From Candidatus Izemoplasma sp. (GTDB lineage Bacteria > Bacillota_I > Bacilli_A > Izemoplasmatales > Izemoplasmataceae): a stretch of DNA of 24,000 nucleotides. Location of the stretch: the NCBI GenBank assembly GCA_007117835.1, contig SKFU01000017.1, positions 14,122-38,121 of the forward strand, given 5' to 3'. The translations under genes and the position numbers were made by a program. The notes under the pieces are model-generated. The model was not told where the DNA came from. It did not search any database and worked only from the letters and a program-made list of their open reading frames with translations. Positions 8,107 through 15,976 of the stretch are shown here, one piece after another; positions within the stretch are counted from its first letter, which is position 1; each line of letters starts with the position of its first letter.

Positions 8107-9410
8107 GATTGGTCGCCTTTCTCACAGTCTTCACAACTGTATTGGTTTTGTGTTAAATGGTCTATTAATGTATGCGCAAGTGCACTCGACGGCACTGTTT
8201 CTTCTTTGTTTTGTTGTTGGTCTTTAATTTGTACAATATCTTGATCAACCTCATTATCACCAATAATCACGACAAAACGGGCATCATGAAATACACTTTG
8301 TTTAAACTGCGCTTTCATACTGCGATCACCGTAATCTGCATCACACATTAACCCCATTAAGCGACACTGTTGCATTAACTGCATGGCACGCACCCGCGCT
8401 TTCGCACCCATAATAATAAAGTATGCATGGATACTTGATGGCTTTGCAGTGAGTTCGGCGGCGTCTAAGGCAATGACCAAACGGTCAATACCAAACCCAA
8501 ACCCAACAGCCGGTGTATCTGGTCCACCCAAATCACGCACTAAACGGTTATAACGTCCGCCACCACAAATGGTGTTTTGGCTTCCGAGTAATGATTCGGA
8601 TACTTTGATTTCAAACACTGTATGGGTATAATAGTCAAGCCCTCTGACAAGTTGGTGGTCAACAACATATGCGATGTTCATCGAATCCAATGTGTTGAGC
8701 AACGTTTCAAAATGGGTTTTATCGGCATCAACCAAATAATCGATGGCATGTGGCAAGTGTTCAAATGCACTGTGATTTCTATCGACTTTACAATCTAAAA
8801 TTCGTAGCGGATTGTCAGTATAGCGGCGTCGACAATCGTGGCACAAAGTATCTATATGTGGTTCAAAATGTTTTTTTAGTACACTTTTATATGCCCTCTT
8901 GCTGTCTTCATCACCTAAGCTATTAAGGTGAACTTTAACATCTTTAAGTTTTAATGCTTTGAGCAACGTGACTGCATAAGCAATAACTTCCGCATCGATT
9001 GCTGGTAAATGACTACCAAATACTTCCACACCAAATTGTCTAAATTCTCTAAAACGTCCTTTTTGTGGTCGCTCATATCGAAACATCGATCCATAATAAT
9101 AGTATTTTTGAGGGATTGCCGGCTGTGCATATAGCTTGTTTTCAATATACGCACGCACAACGCCTGCTGTCCCTTCAGGTCTTAAGGTATTGTCACGACC
9201 CCCACGATCTTTAAAATCATATGTTTCTTTACTCACGATGTCTGAATCACTACCCACACTTCGATGAAATAGTTCGCTTAATTCAAAATGTGGTGTTCTT
9301 ATTTCACGGTAATGAAACAAACGACTTACCGTTTGAATGGTTTTTTCAATGCGTTGATACGTCTCAATGGCATCGGTAATATCCATTGTACCTTTTACTT
9401 TTTGAATCAT
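8103..9410 (-). CDS. hisS: Histidine--tRNA ligase
   Basis: Motifs seen are KGTMD, LRPEGTA, MFRYERPQKGRFREF.Q and GGGRYN...GFG.G.DRL. The RBS is AGGAGG, 7 nt upstream of the ATG. Confidence 0.97.
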   Translation of the reverse strand: MIQKVKGTMDITDAIETYQRIEKTIQTVSRLFHYREIRTPHFELSELFHRSVGSDSDIVSKETYDFKDRGGRDNTLRPEGTAGVVRAYIENKLYAQPAIPQKYYYYGSMFRYERPQKGRFREFRQFGVEVFGSHLPAIDAEVIAYAVTLLKALKLKDVKVHLNSLGDEDSKRAYKSVLKKHFEPHIDTLCHDCRRRYTDNPLRILDCKVDRNHSAFEHLPHAIDYLVDADKTHFETLLNTLDSMNIAYVVDHQLVRGLDYYTHTVFEIKVSESLLGSQNTICGGGRYNRLVRDLGGPDTPAVGFGFGIDRLVIALDAAELTAKPSSIHAYFIIMGAKARVRAMQLMQQCRLMGLMCDADYGDRSMKAQFKQSVFHDARFVVIIGDNEVDQDIVQIKDQQQNKEETVPSSALAHTLIDHLTQNQYSCEDCEKGDQS

Positions 9411-9426
9411 CTTAATCCTCCTACTC

Positions 9427-9458
9427 TAAAAAAAAATCACCCTTAATCCTCTAAGGGC
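9427..9458 (-). terminator. T-box attenuator terminator
   Basis: Minus-strand stem CGCCCUUA/UAAGGGUG (complement of 9437..9458) with loop GAGGAU, followed by a U9 run (A-run 9427..9435 on plus). Its 5' arm lies adjacent to the T-box core, as expected for antiterminator/terminator competition. Confidence 0.85.
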
Positions 9459-9657
9459 GAAAATCATTCCGCGGTACCACCTTAGTTCCGGTATCCACCG
9501 GCCCTCAACCCTTTAACGCAGAGATACGTCTTTTCCTACTTATTTCAAAAAAGCCCTCAAAAATGTCCGCGTGTTACTTGAAGTGCCGTGCTTCCAGCCA
9601 ATGTCACGGTTCTCTGTAACTCAGTGATAACACACTCTTTTTTTCATCGGTTTATAA
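9427..9657 (-). promoter_or_regulatory. T-box riboswitch leader of hisS-aspS
   Basis: Read on the minus strand, the elements are: a GAUGA K-turn with AAGAGUG (specifier-loop 5' side), an AGAGA box, a distal UGGCUGGAAGCAC region, an F-box GCGUUA, a stem III hairpin CCGGUGGAUACCGG, and the T-box core AACUAAGGUGGUACCGCGG (complement of 9468..9487). A terminator hairpin and U9 tract follow. Confidence 0.9.
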
Positions 9658-9663
9658 CACAGT

Positions 9664-9692
9664 AATTATAGCTTTAAATCGTTGTCGTGTCA
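9664..9692 (-). promoter_or_regulatory. Consensus sigma-A promoter for the T-box/hisS-aspS unit
   Basis: The minus strand reads TTGACA (complement of 9687..9692), an exact 17-nt spacer, then TATAAT (complement of 9664..9669). This is a perfect match to consensus. Confidence 0.8.
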
Positions 9693-9705
9693 ACAAAACA
9701 AACGG

Positions 9706-10302
9706 TTATTCAACAAATACTAACTGTTTTTTAACCTGCAAAAACCGGTGGTAATCACGAATATAATAATCGTCATCTGTAAAACTTGCGACGATTTCAT
9801 CTTTAATCGTACCATCGGGCATCATATAAGCGTTGCGGGCTAAGCCTTCGACTGTAAAGCCCAATTTTTCACGCAATCGTCGACTCGCTTGATTTTCTAA
9901 AAAATGGCTGTACACCAAACGCTTGATATTGAGTATTTCAAACGCATAGACCATCACTGCAAGACTCGCTTCTTCCATGTAACCTCGATTCCAGTAATTT
10001 GGGTGGAGCACCATTCCGATTGCCCCTTTATAGTTTTTTTGAAAACTATGGACTTCGATGGTCCCAATCAAACAGTCTTGACCTGTTTCACAAACCGCAA
10101 ATACACCGGGTTGTCCGTGGTTTTGCTTGTCTATAGAATACTTGATAAACGCGCGTACCGAATCTATGGATTCATGGGGCAACCAGCCAGCAAGCGGCCC
10201 TATATGAGGCATTTTAGCATATTCAAAAAGGCATGCGGCATCTTGCATACGGATGGGACGTAATAACAAACGACTTGTTTTTATTGAAGGCAATGTACTC
10301 AT
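9706..10302 (-). CDS. GNAT N-acetyltransferase, RimJ/RimL-like (Acetyltransf_3 type)
   Basis: The N-terminus has RLLLRPIRMQDA. The core YWNRGYMEEA...AFE.LNIKRL...ENQASRRLREKLGF..EG matches the RimJ/RimL pattern. The start overlaps the upstream GNAT stop by 4 nt. Confidence 0.8.
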   Translation of the reverse strand: MSTLPSIKTSRLLLRPIRMQDAACLFEYAKMPHIGPLAGWLPHESIDSVRAFIKYSIDKQNHGQPGVFAVCETGQDCLIGTIEVHSFQKNYKGAIGMVLHPNYWNRGYMEEASLAVMVYAFEILNIKRLVYSHFLENQASRRLREKLGFTVEGLARNAYMMPDGTIKDEIVASFTDDDYYIRDYHRFLQVKKQLVFVE

Positions 10303-11108
10303 GCGTTATCATCCTTCTTGATCAACATCATCCAGCGTTCAATATCTTCAAATCCATAGCTTTTATAAAGAGATTCTGCACGTGGGTCATCATAATACAA
10401 ACACAGTGTTTTCGCTTTTTTATTGACATAATAATCAATTAAATACGTCATCAGCAACTTACCAAACCCTTGTTGGCGATACGCTTCGTGCGTTGCAACC
10501 CCAACAATCATTGCGCTTTTTTGCGTTTCATAGACCGCAGAGGCACTGGCAACAACATGGTTATCCATTTCAATATAGACAGTGGTGCCATTATCGTCAC
10601 TATTTTGAAGTAAATACGCGACATAATCTTCTTCTGATTGTGAGCGCACACTGAAAAGTTCTTCAATTGTGTTTAAAAACTGCGTCACTTTTTTCGCGTC
10701 GCGAGCCGTCTTTAATTTTTTAATCGGTGTCATATCAAGCGTGTCATCGGGTGTGAACGTGGTTGAACGCATAAACGCAAGTTCGTCCTTATGTAATTGC
10801 GGAAAATAAGGTGCAACACGTTTAATCACGGAATATTTTCCGCTGATGAAGGAAAAGTCCAATTGGTTTAACACAGCGCACCAGGCATCGTTAAACTCAC
10901 CAATCACCTGATAGTAAATGACTTGATTTAAATGCCGACTACACACCGCAAAGATTTGTTCATCGCGGATTTCAGCGTACAAATCATGATCAGGATGATC
11001 CAACCCAAAGTTTTTAATGTTTGCAATAATGTATAAGTTAATTTCAGGTTCTTCATATAAAAATGCCAGTATCGCGGGTTTATCTTTTTCATAAACACGA
11101 TTAATCAT
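10299..11108 (-). CDS. Two-domain GNAT family N-acetyltransferase (unknown N-terminal domain plus C-terminal GNAT)
   Basis: The C-terminal GNAT motif A is VGVATHEAYRQQGFGKLLMTYL. The ATG at 11108 sits 7-8 nt after GAGAGGAAG. The ATG at 11114 in the ORF track is too close to that Shine-Dalgarno sequence. Either start overlaps the dtd stop. Confidence 0.75.
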   Translation of the reverse strand: MINRVYEKDKPAILAFLYEEPEINLYIIANIKNFGLDHPDHDLYAEIRDEQIFAVCSRHLNQVIYYQVIGEFNDAWCAVLNQLDFSFISGKYSVIKRVAPYFPQLHKDELAFMRSTTFTPDDTLDMTPIKKLKTARDAKKVTQFLNTIEELFSVRSQSEEDYVAYLLQNSDDNGTTVYIEMDNHVVASASAVYETQKSAMIVGVATHEAYRQQGFGKLLMTYLIDYYVNKKAKTLCLYYDDPRAESLYKSYGFEDIERWMMLIKKDDNA

Positions 11109-11553
11109 CTGCATTCTTCCTCTCTAAAAGCACAGTAACTGGGCCATCATTAATTGAGTGAATCTGCATATGCGCTTGAAAATGTCCGGTGTGCACTTCA
11201 ATGCCTTGGTGTTTTAAACACTGGTTAAACTGATGGTAAAAAATCTCAGCCTTGCCAGGCTCTAAGGCGTCTGTGAATGACGGACGATGGCCTTTTTTGG
11301 TTGAAGCCTCAAGGGTGAACTGCGATATGGATAAAACCGGTAGCGTTAAATCTTTTAAAGCCAAATTCATTTTTCCATGGGTGTCTTCAAAGATTCTTAA
11401 GTGTTTAATTTTATGTGCCATTATTGGCAAAATATCTTCGGTATCTTTGTGATGAAATGAAACATAAAGCAATAATCCCCGCTGAATCGATGCGACCACT
11501 TGATGATTAACTTCACAAGCGGCGTGGCTGACAGTTTGCACAACCACTTTCAT
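11101..11553 (-). CDS. dtd: D-aminoacyl-tRNA deacylase
   Basis: MKVVVQ.VS N-terminus, SQFTL, and a C-terminal NDGPVT motif in 150 aa. The start shares 1 nt with the relA stop (TAATG). Confidence 0.92.
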   Translation of the reverse strand: MKVVVQTVSHAACEVNHQVVASIQRGLLLYVSFHHKDTEDILPIMAHKIKHLRIFEDTHGKMNLALKDLTLPVLSISQFTLEASTKKGHRPSFTDALEPGKAEIFYHQFNQCLKHQGIEVHTGHFQAHMQIHSINDGPVTVLLERKNADD

Positions 11554-13736
11554 TATTTCATCAACCGTTCAATGCTAAAAACACCCGATACTTTATTCAA
11601 GTTAGCAATGACACTGTCAAGTTCCGTTTTATGCTTGACACCAACCTTCAGTTTAATCACACCTTCACCACGTTTATTGGTCGAGGCTGTGACTTGGTTA
11701 ACTTTTGATTTATTCGCTGTCACTGTGTTGATAATATCGGCAAGAATGTTATCTCTATTGGTCACACTTAACCTTAAACTAACGCTGTATACGGTATTTA
11801 AATCATCGCTCCAGTTGACAGAAATATAGCGCCCTTTATCGAGGTTTTGAAGATTGTTACAGCGGGTTCTATGCACGGCAATGCCAACACCTTTAGAAAC
11901 ATAGCCAGTAATGTGATCACCAGGAATTGGTGTACAACAATTCGATAACTTGATTGCTGGATTATCGAGCCCATCAACAATCAAATTACTTTCTGAGGAC
12001 ACCGGTTTTTCTTGATGTCTGTTTATCGATTCAATCAAATCTTTTTCACTGTATTTTTCTTGGCCACTCAACGCATTGATCGCATTGTTAGGACTGATAA
12101 TGTTTTTACCGATTTCATAGTATAAGTCGTTGACAGTTTTAATGCCTTTGTGTTGAAACAGTTCAAATACTAATTTATCGCTTAAAGGCACATCTTTTTT
12201 ACGTATTTGAACTTCTCGTTGGAATGATTCTTTTCCCATTTCTTCAAGCACGTCACGACGCTGTTTATTTAAGTAGTTTTTAATTTTTGATTTGGCACCA
12301 CTTGTCTTAACCAGTTTGAGCCAGTTATCATTTGGCCCAAAACTGTTTTTACTGGTTTTCATATTAACAATGTCGCCCGTTTGCAACTCGTATTCTAATG
12401 GTACGATACGCCCATTAACAATGGCGCCAACACTTCTTAATCCAACCTCGGTATGGATTCTAAATGCAAAATCAAGCGGTGTTGAGCCTTTGGGTAAATC
12501 GATAATATCGCCTTGCGGTGTGAACACATACACGTTCGAATGAAAAATATCGTCTCTTAATAAATTAAGCACTTCTTCTTCATTTTCACTTTCCTCAGTA
12601 AATTTAATTAAATCCCCGTACCATTTTAATTTTTTAAGCACCGTCTCGGTCATCGGTGTTTTTGAACCGCCTTCTTTGTACGCCCAATGGGCCGCAATCC
12701 CGTATTCAGCAATACGGTCCATTTCTTTGGTACGAATTTGAATTTCATAGATTTTACCATAAGCGATTACCGAGGTATGTAGTGATTGATACAGGTTGGG
12801 TTTTGGCATCGCAACATAATCTTTGAAGCGGTTCGGTATCGGTGTCCATTTACTGTGGATAACGCCTATTGCACTGTAACACGCTTCAATGCTCTTGACA
12901 ACCACGCGTAGCGCCAGCAAGTCGAAAATATCCTCAAACTCTTTGTTGCGAGACTCCATTTTTTTATACACCGAATAAATGTTTTTAACACGGCCTTTAA
13001 CGTTGTATTCAAAGTCGTGTTCTTGCAATAAGTATTCAATGCTTGTTTGCATTGTCTTCAAATCAGACTCACGGTTATTTCTTGTATCACTAATCATTTG
13101 CGCAATAATCCGATATTGTTCTGGGTTCATGTACTTAAAGCTCGTATCCTCAAGTTCAGCTTTTAATAAGTACATCCCTAAACGATGGGCTAAAGGTGCA
13201 TAAATATCGAGTGTTTCTTTGGCAATACGACGTTGTTTTTCAACCGACAATCCACCAAGTGTACGCAAGTTATGTAAACGATCGGCCAACTTGACGATAA
13301 TCACGCGAATATCTTTGCTCATTGCGAGTAACATTTTTTGATAGTTTTTGGCTTGAATCGATTGTTTTTCTTCTTCAGCTTCTTCGATGCCTTTAAATGT
13401 GTACTTTCCAAGTTTAGTGACACCCTCAGTTAGCAAGGCAACTTCTTCACCAAAGATTTCGGAGATTTCCTTATATGTTGCAAGCGTGTCTTCAATGCAA
13501 TCATGCAAAAGACCCGCAACGATTGTTGTGGGGTCGGTTTGATATTCGCTGAGCGTATAAGCCACAGCGATTGGATGACTGATATAGGCCTCACCAGTTT
13601 TACGCATTTGACCCGCATGGTTTTTAAGCGCATAAGCGTAAGCGCTCTTGATAAACTCAAGGTCCTCAGTATCCGTTATGTAGGTTTGCACTTGTTGCAT
13701 TAAATCATCGAAACTAGGGTTATGATATGCCATCAT
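11553..13736 (-). CDS. relA: Bifunctional (p)ppGpp synthetase/hydrolase, long RSH (Rel/RelA-SpoT)
   Basis: 727 aa. The HD hydrolase domain shows HPIAVA...LLHDCIEDT. The synthetase domain shows YRSLHT-like LYQSLHTSV and EIQIRTKEMD. TGS and ACT-like C-terminal regions follow. The apt-relA-dtd order matches Bacillus. Confidence 0.96.
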   Translation of the reverse strand: MMAYHNPSFDDLMQQVQTYITDTEDLEFIKSAYAYALKNHAGQMRKTGEAYISHPIAVAYTLSEYQTDPTTIVAGLLHDCIEDTLATYKEISEIFGEEVALLTEGVTKLGKYTFKGIEEAEEEKQSIQAKNYQKMLLAMSKDIRVIIVKLADRLHNLRTLGGLSVEKQRRIAKETLDIYAPLAHRLGMYLLKAELEDTSFKYMNPEQYRIIAQMISDTRNNRESDLKTMQTSIEYLLQEHDFEYNVKGRVKNIYSVYKKMESRNKEFEDIFDLLALRVVVKSIEACYSAIGVIHSKWTPIPNRFKDYVAMPKPNLYQSLHTSVIAYGKIYEIQIRTKEMDRIAEYGIAAHWAYKEGGSKTPMTETVLKKLKWYGDLIKFTEESENEEEVLNLLRDDIFHSNVYVFTPQGDIIDLPKGSTPLDFAFRIHTEVGLRSVGAIVNGRIVPLEYELQTGDIVNMKTSKNSFGPNDNWLKLVKTSGAKSKIKNYLNKQRRDVLEEMGKESFQREVQIRKKDVPLSDKLVFELFQHKGIKTVNDLYYEIGKNIISPNNAINALSGQEKYSEKDLIESINRHQEKPVSSESNLIVDGLDNPAIKLSNCCTPIPGDHITGYVSKGVGIAVHRTRCNNLQNLDKGRYISVNWSDDLNTVYSVSLRLSVTNRDNILADIINTVTANKSKVNQVTASTNKRGEGVIKLKVGVKHKTELDSVIANLNKVSGVFSIERLMK

Positions 13737-13756
13737 AAACCCCCCCTTTTTAATGT

Positions 13757-14269
13757 TTAGTAGTGAATCAATGTGAGTGTTGGGTATGATAGAAATTTTT
13801 CACGGCCGTTTAAAAAATCCAGTTCAATTAAAAAAGCACATCCTACCACGATGCCACCTGCTTTTTCAATGAGGCGGATGGTAGCCTCAACGGTGCCACC
13901 TGTGGCCAGTAAATCATCAACGATTAACACGCGTTGACCTGGTCTAATGTCTTCTTTATGCATACAAAGCTCATTAAATCCATATTCAAGTTCATATTTT
14001 TCATTGAGCGTTGGTCTGGGTAACTTTCCAGGTTTTCTTACTGGAATGAAACCGAGGCCTAATGCTGTGGCTACGGGCGTCCCAAAAATGAACCCACGGG
14101 CGTCAGGACCAACAATTAACTCGGCCTTTTGCTGAATCGCAAAATCACAAAACTGGGTGGTAGCAAATTGAAACGCTTTGCCATCGGCAATTAATGGTGT
14201 GATGTCTTTAAACTGAATACCTGGTTTGGGAAAATCTGGTACATTCTTAATATAATCTTCTAATTTCAT
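13757..14269 (-). CDS. apt: Adenine phosphoribosyltransferase
   Basis: Motifs [14 protein letters not shown] and the PRPP-binding [13 protein letters not shown] in 170 aa. Confidence 0.95.
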   Translation of the reverse strand: MKLEDYIKNVPDFPKPGIQFKDITPLIADGKAFQFATTQFCDFAIQQKAELIVGPDARGFIFGTPVATALGLGFIPVRKPGKLPRPTLNEKYELEYGFNELCMHKEDIRPGQRVLIVDDLLATGGTVEATIRLIEKAGGIVVGCAFLIELDFLNGREKFLSYPTLTLIHY

Positions 14270-14298
14270 TTTAACGCCACCTTTTATGAGATATGTCT

Positions 14299-14307
14299 AT
14301 TATATCA
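14299..14307 (-). promoter_or_regulatory. Candidate extended -10 promoter (TGATATAAT) for apt-relA-dtd-GNAT-GNAT
   Basis: The complement of 14299..14307 reads TGATATAAT, 29 nt upstream of the apt ATG in the 54-nt argS/apt gap. A TTGAAA lies only 13 nt upstream, so the -35 is doubtful. Confidence 0.35.
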
Positions 14308-14323
14308 AATTTGTTGATTTCAA

Positions 14324-15964
14324 TTACATCTTATTTTTTGCTGTCACACCAATCAGGTTAAGTGCATCACTTAAAACAATTTGAACAGCTTTTAATAATG
14401 CTAAGCGCACCGCCGCATTTGACGGGTCCATAGCAATCACAGGATCACCCGCGTAAAAGCTATGTAATGCGGTTGCTAAACGATTAATATACTGTGGTAT
14501 GCGGTGAACGATACGCTTTGTTGCGGCTTCTTCAATCACTTGTGGATATTCAACCAGCAAAGTAATTAGTGTTTCTGACTTTTCATCATTTAAACGTTCA
14601 AACTCAAGCGACTGAAAACTCAAATCCATACTTAAACTCTGCGCTTTTTCAAGCAAGCTTGAAATGCGGGCATGGGCATACTGCGCGTAGTAAACGGGGT
14701 TTTCATTGCTTTGCTTTAAAGCCAAATCCAAGTCTAAATCCATGTGGGTATTCAAGCTGCGCATCGCAAAGAAATAACGGATTGGATCTTTGCCAACACT
14801 GTCGATTAAATCACGCAATGAGAGCGCTTTGCCAGAGCGTTTGCTCATTTTAACCTCAACCCCATCTTCAATCACTTTGACCATTTGTAACAAATCGACC
14901 TCAAGCATCCCTTTTTTGCCGACAACCATTTCAATCGATGCTTGTAATCGCGGGACATACCCGTGGTGATCTCCCCCAAGAATATCGATCAGTTTTGTGT
15001 ATCCTCGGGACACTTTATGATGATGATATGCGATGTCTGGCAATAAGTACGTATAGGTTTGATCACTTTTTATAATCACACGATCTTTTGAATCGCCAAA
15101 GTCACTGGTTTTAAGCCATAATGCGCCATCAAGTTCATAAGTATAACCCTTTTCTTTTAACAATGACAGTGTCTGATTAATGGCATCTGTTTGATATAAT
15201 GAAGCCTCACTGAAAAAGACATCAAAGGTCACATCAAAACGTGCCAAATCGTCTTTGATTTCAGACAACAAATAATCAACACCATACGCTCTAAAAAAGT
15301 CATACGCATCCGGATGATTTAGCAATGTGTCTTTCTTTGTGGTTTTAATGTGTTCAGCCAAACGCGTAATTTCTGGACCATAATAACCATCCTCAGGCAA
15401 TGCGCAATCGATATTAAAAGTTTGTTTATAACGGGCTTCAATACTGAGTGTTAACTGATGGATTTGATTGCCGCCATCATTCACATAAAACTCACGTGTC
15501 ACCTCAAATCCAGCTTTTTTTAAAATGCGACTTAATGTATCCCCAGCCGCGGCGCCACGCGCATGACCGATGTGCAAACTTCCAGTCGGATTGACACTCA
15601 CATATTCGATGTTGTAATGCTCGTTTGAGCCAATCGTTAAATTGCCATAACTAGATCCTTGCGCTAAAATGGTTGGGATTACCTCGGCAAAATAACGTTT
15701 ATTTGTGGTGAAGTTGATAAATCCTGGGCGCGCTATCTCAATCGATTCAACACGTGCATCACAGTGAATGAACGGTAATAATGTTTCGGCGATTTGCATC
15801 GGAGAACGTCTTAAATCTTTCGCCAACTGCATCGCAATATTCGTTGAAAAGTCCCCATGGGTTTTGTCTTTAGGGGTTTCGATTTGAATCGATTCTATGG
15901 ACAGTTTGAAGGCGGCCTTTAGTGCGTCATGCATTTGCTTTGTTAAGTATGTTTGAATGGTCAT
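14324..15964 (-). CDS. argS: Arginine--tRNA ligase
   Basis: Class I motifs NPTGSLHIGHARG (HIGH) and KMSKRSG (KMSKS). The ORF-track start at 15970 is a TTG. The ATG at 15964 lies 7 nt after GGAGTG and is preferred. Confidence 0.96.
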   Translation of the reverse strand: MTIQTYLTKQMHDALKAAFKLSIESIQIETPKDKTHGDFSTNIAMQLAKDLRRSPMQIAETLLPFIHCDARVESIEIARPGFINFTTNKRYFAEVIPTILAQGSSYGNLTIGSNEHYNIEYVSVNPTGSLHIGHARGAAAGDTLSRILKKAGFEVTREFYVNDGGNQIHQLTLSIEARYKQTFNIDCALPEDGYYGPEITRLAEHIKTTKKDTLLNHPDAYDFFRAYGVDYLLSEIKDDLARFDVTFDVFFSEASLYQTDAINQTLSLLKEKGYTYELDGALWLKTSDFGDSKDRVIIKSDQTYTYLLPDIAYHHHKVSRGYTKLIDILGGDHHGYVPRLQASIEMVVGKKGMLEVDLLQMVKVIEDGVEVKMSKRSGKALSLRDLIDSVGKDPIRYFFAMRSLNTHMDLDLDLALKQSNENPVYYAQYAHARISSLLEKAQSLSMDLSFQSLEFERLNDEKSETLITLLVEYPQVIEEAATKRIVHRIPQYINRLATALHSFYAGDPVIAMDPSNAAVRLALLKAVQIVLSDALNLIGVTAKNKM

Positions 15965-15976
15965 ATGCAATCACTC

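Noticed and set aside
8103-8160. A short Cys-containing C-terminal tail on HisS (..QNQYSCEDCEKGDQS, a single CxxC), considered as a metal site.
   Set aside because: A single CxxC in an acidic tail is insufficient evidence. It may just reflect extension into the aspS overlap region.
9904-10263. A 119-aa plus-strand ORF, the longest antisense ORF in the window.
   Set aside because: It is fully antisense to the RimJ-like GNAT gene, which has clear family motifs. It has no promoter, RBS or recognisable domain.
9706-11114. The tandem GNATs considered as TacT/AtaT-like aminoacyl-tRNA-acetylating toxins.
   Set aside because: There is no small RHH/antitoxin ORF adjacent. The sequences look like RimJ/L-type and two-domain housekeeping GNATs, and they sit inside a core operon.
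11500-11829. A 109-aa plus-strand ORF across the dtd/relA junction. Many similar 60-95-aa antisense ORFs occur inside aspS, hisS, relA, argS, parC and parE.
   Set aside because: All are embedded antisense in strongly supported housekeeping genes and lack translation signals. I treat them as chance ORFs.
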